DNA of 64,000 nt from an uncultured Gemmatimonadaceae bacterium (GCA_964574295.1 CAZNLY010000007.1:12224-76223), one strand, 5' to 3'; positions 9,801 through 17,971 are shown, numbered from the stretch's first letter. Notes: generated by a model from the sequence alone, not told the origin. Numbers and translations: made by a program.

Positions 9801-10306
9801 AGCCCCAGCCCGACGAGGATCTGGAGGACGAAGCTGAAGTAGGCGTCGTAGGTGATCATCGGCTGCAGGGCGTCCGACTGGAAGCTGAACAGCACCCGCA
9901 GCGCCTGCGGCACCACGTACACGTAGCCGAGCCCCGCCCCCACCAGGAAGAGCGCGGTCCCGATCAGCAGCGCGGGGACCAGGGCCTTCCGTTCCTTTTC
10001 ATAGAGCGCCGGCGAGAGGAAGCCCCACGCCTGGTAGAGGAGCACGGGCGAGGCCAGCACCAGCCCGAGCAGGAGCGACAGCTTGAGGACGATCATGACC
10101 GGCTCGGTCGGGCTCAGCACGGTGAGCCGGCCACCGGTCAGGTACGGCGCGATGGGCGCCTTGAGGAGGGAGACGAACTCGAACCGCTGGACGATCCAGA
10201 GCCCGGCGGCGAAGCCCCCGATGACAGCCAGCAGGGCCTTGAGGATGCGGGAGCGCAATTCCTCGAGGTGCTCGAGGAACGGCATCTCGCCCTGGGCGGC
10301 GGCCAT
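6818..10306 (-). CDS. tatC: TatC (aa 1 to about 238) fused in-frame to an LptD/OstA-like outer-membrane protein (aa 239-1162)
   Basis: A single 1162-aa ORF with no stop. The N-terminus is TatC-like (PFLEHLEELRSRILK, six hydrophobic helices, SPGADVLS). At aa 239 (ATG 9592), MTRRRLRRAAAAAVIALVAVTPGAQA-Q reads as a signal peptide. The remainder is LptD-like (HYHFRAGEVKWIHDQVMVARPTVLYVRDVPVLWLPFVFQ, beta-rich, ends in ...LDYNQ). Confidence 0.8.
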   Translation of the reverse strand: MAAAQGEMPFLEHLEELRSRILKALLAVIGGFAAGLWIVQRFEFVSLLKAPIAPYLTGGRLTVLSPTEPVMIVLKLSLLLGLVLASPVLLYQAWGFLSPALYEKERKALVPALLIGTALFLVGAGLGYVYVVPQALRVLFSFQSDALQPMITYDAYFSFVLQILVGLGLSFEIPLVITILAAFGLVTPAALNRFRRFEVVLAFTAGAILSPGADVLSMIMMTVPILVLYEVGFLGAIVMTRRRLRRAAAAAVIALVAVTPGAQAQVPTTPKRPAKVIQETPALGAPSGAAVTDSAARARIQGGQAIDTAAARRLGLPSAPVFPLPPPDSFMQALLDRKGYSVTRYRADTVTLFALEKRILLLGDARTERDGSTLEAQQIDYRDSLGLLDARGSPMLFSEGNVLVGKDIRYYTDSKRGVVTGALTNFDQGGTEWFLRGSIAQDSSSSRIYARSGEITSCDLPDPHYHFRAGEVKWIHDQVMVARPTVLYVRDVPVLWLPFVFQDGRPGRHSGILVPRIGISDIVRPSSSYERQITNIGYYWAASDYFDLTARFDWLDERYTTLGFLGQYRWLDRFTSGSIGFSQQWASEGGKSFGLRWDHQQVFSLSSSLNLSLNYVSNSSVVKQNAVDPLLTTQQITSALNYTHRYGWGTLTLGGNLRQNIQTNANTMQLPSVALNPKPLNLGESVTWSPSLSLNTQWEVNVPLGDSLFVANPDGSVDTLTGTFDTRTTALNLESPFRFGAFNWRNSIRMSDFQSDQDSVATIWVPDTLNPGDSVLVTQTYAGRYSTGLDWDTGINLPLLLRGSWKLQPSVGVSNVVSGQPYLVRNVRTDGAWVAQAKRASFTLSANPTFFGFYPGFAGLARVRHSFNPIFTYALAPSADIPADYAAAIRGASAPLTLTSPRVERLSVGLSQNIEGKRPSPNADSAAADQGKKLRLLSIVTSPVAYDFEQAKLPGRNGWTTQSLTNSFQSDLLPGFNLAITHNLWDGPVGYDSTQFDFSLQQINLSFAMSAATFAPLFRLVGATPSSGPPPQNLTGYVSDTYRPVRPGPEAVYGYNPGSTPIGRGFRANVSYTYTKSPGTDLSQSNIGFSTSFSPTPLWGVSWSTQYSVTDGTFQSQILRLERELHEWRAGFYFIRNPNGNVSLTFSIALTDLPAMKLDYNQ

Positions 10307-10325
10307 CGGTGGGCGAGGCGCCGGG

Positions 10326-11075
10326 CTACTGCCCGAGCGCCTTCAGGCGGTCGCGAGCGAGCGCGGCCTCGTTAGACGTCGGGTACTTCGTGGTGAGGCG
10401 CTGGTAGTAGCCGCGCGCGGCCGAGGTGTCGCGGGCCGCCTCGGCCATGGCGCCCAGCCGGTAGAGGGCGCTCGCCGCCCGGGCCGACTGCGGGTAGGCG
10501 TCCGCCACCTTGAGGTAATAGGCGGCGGCGGAATCCGGCGCCTCCGTCGCGAAGCTCTCGCCGATGAAGTACGTGGCGTCGGCCGCCTCGGGCGCCGTCG
10601 GGTACAGCTGGAGGAACTGGCGGAACCCGGCACGCGCGGTCGAGGGGCTGCCGCGCCGGAGCTGCTGGAGCGACGCCTCGTACATCTGGACGGCGGAGGG
10701 CGAGCCGGGGGCGTCCGGCGTGGCCAGTTGCTGGCCGCGGGCATCGAGTTCCCCGCGGAGTTCATTGAGCCGCCGGGTGCTCTGCCCGGTCAGCTCCTGG
10801 ACCTGCAGGAGCTGCTTCTGCACCTCGTAGAGCTGGCCAAGGGCGTCGCCCCGAAAGGCCTGCAGGTCCGTCTGGATGGCGGAGAGGGTCCGGGCGGCCT
10901 GGTCCTGCGCGCCGACCAACAGCGCCAGCTGGGCCGCCTGCGCCGAATCCCGCCGTGCCTGCTCATCCTGCATGGTGGTCAGCTGCTCCTCGAGCCGGCG
11001 CACGTCGCTCCGGAGGGCACAGCCCCCCAGGGCGACGGACGCCAGGACGAGGGTCGGCGCGAGCCGGTGGATCAC
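10326..11075 (-). CDS. cpoB: Tol-Pal system protein YbgF/CpoB
   Basis: 249 aa. It has a signal/lipobox (LASVALGGC), an N-terminal coiled coil and a C-terminal YbgF-type TPR (YFIGESF...YPQSARAASALYRLG). Its position is directly after pal. GTG start in a GTGA overlap. Confidence 0.8.
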   Translation of the reverse strand: MIHRLAPTLVLASVALGGCALRSDVRRLEEQLTTMQDEQARRDSAQAAQLALLVGAQDQAARTLSAIQTDLQAFRGDALGQLYEVQKQLLQVQELTGQSTRRLNELRGELDARGQQLATPDAPGSPSAVQMYEASLQQLRRGSPSTARAGFRQFLQLYPTAPEAADATYFIGESFATEAPDSAAAYYLKVADAYPQSARAASALYRLGAMAEAARDTSAARGYYQRLTTKYPTSNEAALARDRLKALGQ

Positions 11076-11653
11076 GACGGCGCCTTCAGGTTATTGCCGC
11101 CGGCCGTGGGCGAGAACTGCGCGTTGCGGTTCATGGCCCAGGCGGTCTCGTTGTCGGCGGGGTCCACCGGACGCTCCTCGCCGTACGAGACGATGGTGAT
11201 CTGGCTGGCCGAGACGCCCTGGTTGATCAGGTAGCGCTGGGCCGCCGCCGCACGGCGGTTGCCGAGCGCCAGGTTGTACTCGACCGAACCCCGGTTGTCG
11301 CAGTTGCCGGCGATCTGGACGGTCAGCGACGGGTTGGCCTTGAGGATGGCGGCCTTCCGGTCGAGGCTCGGCTGGTCCTCCGGCTTGATGTCATACCGGT
11401 CGAAGTCGAAGTGGATCATCGCGGTCAGCTGCTCCGTGAGTTGCGACTGGAGCCGGGCGGCCGCCTCGGCGGCGGCGCGGGCCCGGGCCTCCGCGGCCGC
11501 GATGGAGTCCTGCCGCATCCGTGCCTTGATGGCGGTGCTGTCGACGGCGGGCGGCGGCGGCGCCGGCGCGGGCGCCGGGGCCTCGGCGGGCTTCTTGCCG
11601 CCGCAGGCGGCCACCGCGACCAGCGCGGCGGCGAAGAGGGAACGGGGCTTCAT
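11072..11653 (-). CDS. pal: Peptidoglycan-associated lipoprotein Pal (OmpA-C family)
   Basis: Lipobox LVAVAACGG. OmpA-like domain: IHFDFDRYDIKPE...IAGNCDNRGSVEYNLALGNRRAAAAQRYL...SYGEERP. Confidence 0.9.
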   Translation of the reverse strand: MKPRSLFAAALVAVAACGGKKPAEAPAPAPAPPPPAVDSTAIKARMRQDSIAAAEARARAAAEAAARLQSQLTEQLTAMIHFDFDRYDIKPEDQPSLDRKAAILKANPSLTVQIAGNCDNRGSVEYNLALGNRRAAAAQRYLINQGVSASQITIVSYGEERPVDPADNETAWAMNRNAQFSPTAGGNNLKAPS

Positions 11654-11677
11654 GGCTGCAATCCTCCAGGGGGTTGG

Positions 11678-12964
11678 TCAGGGTTGGGCCCCGCCGAGCC
11701 GGCGGGACCAGTGGGGGAGGCGGACATCGCCGGGCAAGACGAGCTGGCGAATCCGCCCCGACTCGATGTCGATGATCCACACCTGCGGGCGGCCGCTCCG
11801 GTCGGAGACGAACGCGAGGTGCCGGCCATCGGGGGCCCAGGTCGGGTCGGAGTTGCGCCCGCTCGAGGTGAGCTGGCGGACCCGGCGACTGGCCACATCG
11901 AGCAGGAACACCTGGTGCGCGCGGTCGATGTCGCGGTGGAAGGCCACCGCCGCGCCGTCGGGCGACCACTCCGGCGCGTTGGACGGGCCCGTCGCCCCGT
12001 AGTCATAGGGCGCGAGCAGCTCCTGGTCGGTGCCGTCCGAGGACATCGCGTAGATCTGCGGCGCCCCCGCCCGCGTCGAGACGAAGGCGATGCGGCGCCC
12101 GTCCGGCGCGTACGTGGGCGAAAGGTTATCGGAGTAGCGCCCCACGGTCAACCGCCGAAGGCAGCATTGATCCGCCACGTTGACCGCGTAGAGGTCGGTG
12201 CCCCCCTCCTGGTCGGTCCGCGCGAACGCCAGCGTCCGTCCGTCGGGGGAAAACGCGGGGGTGAAATTGAGCTGCGTGTCGGTGCCGGTCACCCGGCGGC
12301 GCGCCCCGGTGAGGAGATCCTGCAGGATGATCGGGCCCCGTCCATCGGCAAACTCCGTGTAGGCAATCATCCGCCCGTCGGGAGACCAGGTTGGCGAGAG
12401 GGCGCGCTGGGAGGCAGGCGTGACGGGCGTCACATCGGCCCCGTCGCTGTCGACCCGGTAGGCGCGATTGCCCAGCAGCACGAGGAGCCGGGACGCGGCG
12501 GCGCCCGGAGTGCCGGTGATCCACCGCACGACCTCGTCGGAGACGCGATGCACCGCCATCCGGAAGTCGGCGGCCTCGGGGCCCGGCAGCGCAAAGTTCT
12601 GCTCCTGCCGCACCGCTCCCGTCCGCACGTCATGCAGCCGGACAGCCACCTGCGTCCCGGCCGCGCGCACCTCGATGCCGTATTGCACCCCGAGCGTGCG
12701 GTAGAGCGGGTAGTTCACCGCCGCGCCGCCCCCGGGGGCGTCGCCCCGCTCGAGGGCCAGCACCTCGAAGCGGTCGCTGTAGTCGAGGTCGCGCTGGAGG
12801 ATGGCGCGCGCCGAGTCGAGGCCCGCGCCGGGGAGGACGGCCACCTTGGCCCGCGTCCCGGGCGTGTAGGTGATCCCGACGCGAACGCCCCCGTCGATCG
12901 GATCCTGGGCCGTGAGCGGCGCGGCCGCGAGCGTCAGGAGCCCGAGGAGCAGTGGCGTCCTCAC
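11678..12964 (-). CDS. tolB: Tol-Pal beta-propeller protein TolB
   Basis: The GTG at 12964 (VRTPLLLGLLTLAAAPLTAQD) overlaps the upstream stop (GTGA). Repeated P.WSPDG..IAF propeller blades (SPTWSPDGRMIAY, PAFSPDGRTLAF, PTYAPDGRRIAF, PEWSPDGAAVAF, PTWAPDGRHLAF). Confidence 0.9.
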   Translation of the reverse strand: MRTPLLLGLLTLAAAPLTAQDPIDGGVRVGITYTPGTRAKVAVLPGAGLDSARAILQRDLDYSDRFEVLALERGDAPGGGAAVNYPLYRTLGVQYGIEVRAAGTQVAVRLHDVRTGAVRQEQNFALPGPEAADFRMAVHRVSDEVVRWITGTPGAAASRLLVLLGNRAYRVDSDGADVTPVTPASQRALSPTWSPDGRMIAYTEFADGRGPIILQDLLTGARRRVTGTDTQLNFTPAFSPDGRTLAFARTDQEGGTDLYAVNVADQCCLRRLTVGRYSDNLSPTYAPDGRRIAFVSTRAGAPQIYAMSSDGTDQELLAPYDYGATGPSNAPEWSPDGAAVAFHRDIDRAHQVFLLDVASRRVRQLTSSGRNSDPTWAPDGRHLAFVSDRSGRPQVWIIDIESGRIRQLVLPGDVRLPHWSRRLGGAQP

Positions 12965-13689
12965 GATCCCGCCCGGGGGGTGAAGAAGAAGCTGACGGGG
13001 AGGACATCGGCCTCGTAGCCGTCGGGGAGCGGACCGAAGGCCCGCGCGTTGCCCGCGGCCTCGATGGCGCCCTGGGCGCTCAAGTCGAAGCTGAAGTTTC
13101 CGGAAGGGGTCACGAAGCGGATATCGCGCACGCTGCCGTCTCGAAGGATGAAGAAGCTGACCTCGGCCCGGAGGGCCTGGTTGCCGCCGGGACGGTCCCA
13201 GCGGCGATACACCTGCGCCACGATGTTCCGGAGGTACTCCGGGTAGGCGAACTGCAGCCCGGGTGTCTTGACGTTGACCTCGTCGGTCCCCGTGCTCGGC
13301 GTCTCGCCCGGCGCGGGCGCCACCTGCGACTGGCTCCGCGGGGCGGGCTCGCGCTGGGCGGGCTTGGCGGTGGCGGCGCTTGCCGGGGCCGGCTTCGGCT
13401 TGGCCGGCGTCTTGGCCACCGGCACCGGCTTGTTGTCCGCCGGCTTGGGCGCGGGTGGTGCCGGCTCGGGCTGCTCGGCGGGGCGGGAGACCGCCTCGGG
13501 CGCGGGCCGCCGTACCGTGGTGGGCGCCGGCGCAGCGATCAACTCCACGGCGTACACCGGCGGCGCGGGAGGCGGCGACTGGATGCCGTAGAGGAGCAGC
13601 GCCAGCACGCCGCCGTGAATCAGCGCCGTCCCCGTGGCGCCTGCGGCCACCTCGGGCGCCCGCCGCCTCGCGGCCACCGGGCGGCTCAC
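12961..13689 (-). CDS. TonB-C-domain protein in the TolA position
   Basis: 242 aa. N-terminal TM (ALIHGGVLALLLYGI), a Pro/Ala/Lys-rich linker, and a C-terminal TonB/TolA-like fold (YPEYLRNIVAQVYRRW...VSFFILRDGSV). It sits between tolR and tolB. GTGA overlaps at both ends. Confidence 0.8.
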   Translation of the reverse strand: MSRPVAARRRAPEVAAGATGTALIHGGVLALLLYGIQSPPPAPPVYAVELIAAPAPTTVRRPAPEAVSRPAEQPEPAPPAPKPADNKPVPVAKTPAKPKPAPASAATAKPAQREPAPRSQSQVAPAPGETPSTGTDEVNVKTPGLQFAYPEYLRNIVAQVYRRWDRPGGNQALRAEVSFFILRDGSVRDIRFVTPSGNFSFDLSAQGAIEAAGNARAFGPLPDGYEADVLPVSFFFTPRAGS

Positions 13690-14117
13690 GGCGCCTGGTC
13701 CTCCTCTTCGGCCACCAGGCCGACATCCTTGATCCCGGAATTCCGGATCACGGCCAGCACCCGGACCACCTGCCCGTACGCGACGCGCCGGTCGGCCCGC
13801 AGGTACACGCCCGACGGCTTGCGGCTCTCGACCAGCGCCCGGAAGGTGACGCGGAAGTCGTTGAAGGTGACCCGCGTCTGGTCGATGAAGATCCGGCCCT
13901 CGCGGTCCACCGAGACGACCATCGCCTCCGTGGACGGCAGCGGACGCGCCTCGGCCCGCGGGAGCTGGACGTCCACACCGCCAGACATCATCGGGGCGGC
14001 GATCATGAAGATGATCAGGAGGACGAACGCGACGTCCACCAGCGAGGTGACGTTGATGTCGGCGGTCGGCTGGAGGTCGCCACTGTCACCCCCGAGCCCC
14101 CCGAGGCGTCCCGCCAC
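13686..14117 (-). CDS. tolR: Biopolymer transport protein TolR/ExbD
   Basis: 143 aa. ADINVTSLVDVAFVLLIIFMI is the ExbD/TolR TM signature. The GTG start abuts the tolQ stop. Confidence 0.9.
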   Translation of the reverse strand: MAGRLGGLGGDSGDLQPTADINVTSLVDVAFVLLIIFMIAAPMMSGGVDVQLPRAEARPLPSTEAMVVSVDREGRIFIDQTRVTFNDFRVTFRALVESRKPSGVYLRADRRVAYGQVVRVLAVIRNSGIKDVGLVAEEEDQAP

Positions 14118-14831
14118 CTAGAGCAGTCCCTCGCGCGCCATGGTGCCGATGAGTTCGCTGGCGAAGCCCTCGAGCTCGCCGGCGAACACCCGGACCCGGT
14201 GGACGAAGTAGTTGTACGCCATCATCGCCGGGATGGCGGTGGCGAGGCCGGCCACGGTGGTGATCAGCGCCTCCGCGACGCCAGGGGCCACCGCGGCGAT
14301 GTTGCCCGAGCCCTTGGACGCGATGCCGAGGAAGGCATCCATCACGCCGAGCACCGTCCCGAGCAGGCCCAGCAGGGGGCTCACCGCCCCGATGGTGGCC
14401 AGCCACGACACGAGGTGGGCGGAGAGCTCGCGCTCGGCCGACACCTCCTTGCCGAGGACCATCTTGAGCGCCTCGAGCTGGGTCATGGAGAGGTGGACGC
14501 GCGGGGCGGGGGCATCGTCGCGCAGGGTGCCCGGCCGGAGCTCGTTGTAAAAGCTCATGGCCTCGCGGAAGAGGCGATTGTACGGCGACGGCGGCTGCTT
14601 CATGAGCAGGCCGTACGCCTCCTGCAGCCGGGTCGTCCGCTCCAGCTCGGTGAAGAAGCGGTCCGCCTGCTGCCGGATCCGGCGGAACTGCCACCACTTG
14701 AGTCCGATGATGAACCAGGAGGCGATCGAGAAGAGCCCCGTGATGGTGAGCACGACGAGCGTCTCGGTGCTCATGTGCTGCAGGAGCTCGAAGGCCGAGC
14801 CCGGGACGGCGCCACCAACCTGCAGGAGCAT
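14118..14831 (-). CDS. tolQ: MotA/TolQ/ExbB proton-channel protein TolQ
   Basis: Three TM segments and the conserved LLGLLGTVLGVMDAF...VAPGVAEALITTVAGLATAIP. I chose the ATG at 14831 (MLLQVGG...), which overlaps the upstream TAA by 1 nt. The track ORF extends to 14852. Confidence 0.9.
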   Translation of the reverse strand: MLLQVGGAVPGSAFELLQHMSTETLVVLTITGLFSIASWFIIGLKWWQFRRIRQQADRFFTELERTTRLQEAYGLLMKQPPSPYNRLFREAMSFYNELRPGTLRDDAPAPRVHLSMTQLEALKMVLGKEVSAERELSAHLVSWLATIGAVSPLLGLLGTVLGVMDAFLGIASKGSGNIAAVAPGVAEALITTVAGLATAIPAMMAYNYFVHRVRVFAGELEGFASELIGTMAREGLL

Positions 14832-15778
14832 TACCCCTCCGTTCGGAACCACTCCATGAGCATCGCGAGGCCGTCGTCGAAGGCCACCTCGGGCCGCCAG
14901 CCGAGCACCGCAGCCGCCTTGCGCGGGTCGAGGGCGCTGCGGAGGATCTCTCCGGCCCGCGGGGGCGCCATCTGCAGCTCGGGGCGGCGGCCCGTGACCC
15001 GCCCTGCCGCCTGCGCGAGCTCGAGGACCGAGCGCTCGATGCCGGTGCCGATGTTGAACGCCCGGGTGTCGTGGTCCGCGCCCGAGGGCAGCGCGACGGT
15101 GCCCGCCAGCAGGTTGGCGCGCGCCACGTCGCGCACGGAAACATAATCGCGCGTCTGCTTCCCGTCGCCGAAAATCGTGAGCGGCTGGCCCGCGAGCAGC
15201 CGCGAGACGAAGATCGAGACCACGCCCGCCTCCGACTTCGGGTCCTGGCGGGGCCCGCAGACGTTCGCGTAGCGCAGGGACACGCCCTCGAATCCGTACA
15301 GCTCGCCGAGGGCGCGGAGGTAGTGCTCCCCCGCGAGCTTGCTCACGCCGTAGGGGGAGATCGGCCGCTTGGGCGCCGATTCCGGCGTCGGAATCTCGTC
15401 CGGATCTCCATAGACGACGCCGCCGCTGCTGGCGAACACGACCCGCCGCACCCCCCCCTTCCCCGCCCCCTCCAGCAGGTTGACGAAGCCGCCGACGTTG
15501 ACGTCGGCGTCCTCGGCGGGCCGCTCCACCGAGACCCGCACGTCGATCTGGGCCGCCTGGTGGCAGAGCACCTCGAACCCGCCGTCGGCCACGGTGTCGC
15601 GCGCGAGGCGGGAGCGCACGTCGGCCACGACGAGCGGCACGCCCGCCGGGACCTGGGTGGCCTTGCCGCGGGAGAGGTCGTCGAGGACGGTCACCGCCCA
15701 GCCGGCGGCGAGGTACGCCTCCGCCACGTGGGAACCGATGAAGCCGGCGCCGCCGGTCACGAGTACGCGTCGAGCCAT
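14831..15778 (-). CDS. NAD-dependent sugar epimerase/dehydratase (GalE-like SDR)
   Basis: The ATG at 15778 gives MARRVLVTGGAGFIGSH (Rossmann GxxGxxG) and catalytic PISPYGVSK (YxxxK). The substrate cannot be assigned from sequence alone. Confidence 0.85.
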   Translation of the reverse strand: MARRVLVTGGAGFIGSHVAEAYLAAGWAVTVLDDLSRGKATQVPAGVPLVVADVRSRLARDTVADGGFEVLCHQAAQIDVRVSVERPAEDADVNVGGFVNLLEGAGKGGVRRVVFASSGGVVYGDPDEIPTPESAPKRPISPYGVSKLAGEHYLRALGELYGFEGVSLRYANVCGPRQDPKSEAGVVSIFVSRLLAGQPLTIFGDGKQTRDYVSVRDVARANLLAGTVALPSGADHDTRAFNIGTGIERSVLELAQAAGRVTGRRPELQMAPPRAGEILRSALDPRKAAAVLGWRPEVAFDDGLAMLMEWFRTEG

Positions 15779-15807
15779 CTGCCGCCTCAGGGGGTGGTGG
15801 TCAGGGG

Positions 15808-15860
15808 AAAAAACGCGGCACGCGGGGCCGACCCGCAAGTCCTGGGTGGCCCCGCGTGCC
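15808..15860 (-). terminator. Rho-independent terminator of the LysM gene
   Basis: On the minus strand GGCACGCGGGGCC (15860-15848), an 18-nt loop, GGCCCCGCGTGCC (15829-15817), then GCG-TTTTTT (15813-15808). The 13-bp stem is perfect. It starts 25 nt after the stop at 15885. Confidence 0.7.
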
Positions 15861-15884
15861 CGGGGTGCCGGTCAAGGAATGCGC

Positions 15885-17135
15885 TCAGGTGGGCAGCTTG
15901 GCGACCTGCCGGGCAGGCGTGCCCGGCGCGATGTCGGCGGTATTGAGCCGCACGATCAGGGCCGAGGAGGTGTGCTCCCCGACGCGCACGATTTGGAGGC
16001 GGCCGATCGGCTCCGCCACCGTGTTGGCGGCGTCCCAGCGCGGCTCGTCCGTGCTCCAGAGCTCGAAGACATCGCCCGGCGCCACGCCGTCCGCCCGGCC
16101 CTTGTCGAGGTAGAGGACGGTTTGCATCTCCTGCAGCACCGCTTCCGAGCGCGCGGCGACGACCGTCGCCTGGATGCCGTCCGACACCGGCACGGCGCGC
16201 GCGGTGCCGCCCGGGGTGAAGCGCTCCAGCGGCAGCGCGACCTGGCCGATCCGGATCCGCCAGAACTGGTCGAGCACCAGCGCGATCGCCTGGTCAGGGG
16301 TCACCTCGACCACGCGGGCGATGCCCGTCGGCACGATCACGTCGCCGTACTCGGTGTAGGTCGGCCGGCGGATGGCGATGAGGAGGCTGTCGCCCACCTG
16401 GTACGCCGCGCCCTTGGGCGGGATCACGCCGATCCGGCCGAACTGCGAGGCCGTGGTCGGCGACTGGAGGGTCGCGATCTGCATCGGCACGACGTCGCCG
16501 CGGACCGCCCCGAAGGGGAGGTCCTTGTCCTCGGTGAGGAAGCCGGCCGAGTAGAACTCGCCGGGCCGGAGCGGCCGGTAGCTGCGCTCGGTGTAGCCGG
16601 CGAGTTCGGCCGCCGGCTGGGCGCCGGGGTGCCCGAAGAGCGCGACCGGGTCGCCCGGGATCGGGCCGGCGGCGCGCACGGCGCCCCGACCCTGCGCCAC
16701 GGGCTCGCCCTCGGGCGCGGCTTCCGGCTCCGCGACCGGCGCGGCCTCGACAGCCGGCACCGCGGCGGCGACTGCGGGCGCGGGGGCCGCCGCGGGAGCG
16801 GCAGGCGCCGCGGCCACGGGGGCCGGGACCGCCGGCTGCTCGGCCGGGATGACCCCGCCCGCCTCGCCGGTGAGCCGCAGGACCTCGCCCGGATAGATCC
16901 AGTGCGGGTCCTCGACCACCGAGGTGTTGAGCTTGTAGATCTGCGGCCAGGTGAGCGGATCGCCGAAGTACGCCTTGGCGAGGTCCCACAGCGTGTCGCC
17001 CTTCTTGACCGTGTGGGTGTCCGGCACCGGCGTGCCCTGTGCCAGCGCAGCGGCAGGAAGGCCGACGGCAAGGGCCGCGGCCAGCACGACTGCCTTCGAC
17101 GAGAACTGCCCGGTTGACGCGTTCCGCATAGCCAT
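15885..17135 (-). CDS. Secreted LysM-domain protein with a Pro/Ala linker and an uncharacterised C-terminal domain
   Basis: The ATG at 17135 gives MAMRNASTGQFSSKAVVLAAALAVGLPAAALAQ (a signal peptide). LysM: HTVKKGDTLWDLAKAYFGDPLTWPQIYKLN...IYPGEVLRL. A PAAPAPV-rich linker and a domain of about 270 aa follow. Confidence 0.85.
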   Translation of the reverse strand: MAMRNASTGQFSSKAVVLAAALAVGLPAAALAQGTPVPDTHTVKKGDTLWDLAKAYFGDPLTWPQIYKLNTSVVEDPHWIYPGEVLRLTGEAGGVIPAEQPAVPAPVAAAPAAPAAAPAPAVAAAVPAVEAAPVAEPEAAPEGEPVAQGRGAVRAAGPIPGDPVALFGHPGAQPAAELAGYTERSYRPLRPGEFYSAGFLTEDKDLPFGAVRGDVVPMQIATLQSPTTASQFGRIGVIPPKGAAYQVGDSLLIAIRRPTYTEYGDVIVPTGIARVVEVTPDQAIALVLDQFWRIRIGQVALPLERFTPGGTARAVPVSDGIQATVVAARSEAVLQEMQTVLYLDKGRADGVAPGDVFELWSTDEPRWDAANTVAEPIGRLQIVRVGEHTSSALIVRLNTADIAPGTPARQVAKLPT

Positions 17136-17394
17136 GGTGTCCCTGGGAGGTGGTGACGCGGTTCGGTGTCCGGAAAGGGTTGCGGTGAATTGCAACGGGC
17201 CGGCGGCGGCCGGCGGCCCCCCTGCCGCCACAAGCTAACACCTTGTGGGACAAAAGCTAAGGGGTCCGGACCTTCCCTACTTGCTCAGGCTTGACTTACC
17301 GTCACTCGAGGGAGGGGCAAGAGATGTGCCCCCTGATGCCAGAACGCCGGCCAGGGAGACCCCCGGCCGGCGCCTGTTCAGAAGCAGGAAGGGC

Positions 17395-17874
17395 TCAGAA
17401 GGGGAGGTCGTCGTCCTGCCCGTCGAGGGCCTCCGGGAAGTCGTCGAAGGACTCGTCCTTCTTGGGCGCCGAGGCCCCGGCCGGCACCTTGGACGCGGAG
17501 TACGATTCATCGGAGCCGCCACCGCCGCCGCCTCGGCCGAGCAGGATGAGCTCGCGCGCGTTGATTTCGGTGGTGTAGCGGGTCTGGCCCTCGCGGTCCT
17601 GCCAGGTGCGGTACTCGATGCCGCCCTCGACGTAGACCTTGTCGCCCTTCTTGCAATACTTCTCGGCGATGTCGGCGAGCTTGTTGAAGTTGGTGTTCCA
17701 GAGCACGACGCGGTGCCATTCCGTCTTTTCCTGCTTGTCGCCGCCCTTGCCGGTCCACTGGCGGCTGGTGGCCAGCGAGAGGGTGGCCACCCGTGAGCCG
17801 TTGGTGGTGCTGCGCACCTCCGGATCCGCCCCCAGGTTGCCGATCAGCTGGACCTTGTTGAGACTCCGACTCAC
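17395..17874 (-). CDS. ssb: Single-stranded DNA-binding protein
   Basis: The GTG at 17874 gives (M)SRSLNKVQLIGNLGADPEVR, preceded by GGGAGG with 5-nt spacing. OB-fold core TEWHRVVLW. Gly-rich tail ending in DDDLPF. Confidence 0.9.
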   Translation of the reverse strand: MSRSLNKVQLIGNLGADPEVRSTTNGSRVATLSLATSRQWTGKGGDKQEKTEWHRVVLWNTNFNKLADIAEKYCKKGDKVYVEGGIEYRTWQDREGQTRYTTEINARELILLGRGGGGGGSDESYSASKVPAGASAPKKDESFDDFPEALDGQDDDLPF

Positions 17875-17971
17875 GATGACCTCCCACGCTTCGACAGGGT
17901 TCGGGACTGCGGACAGCCACATGCTACCGCGCCCCACGCCAGCAATCTACACCATTGCACCGCCATGACCA

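Noticed and set aside
6929-10375. A 1148-aa plus-strand ORF opposite tatC/lptD-like
   Set aside because: A GC-driven antisense artefact. The protein is dominated by R/G/P/E/V runs, and the opposite strand has clear TatC and LptD-like motifs.
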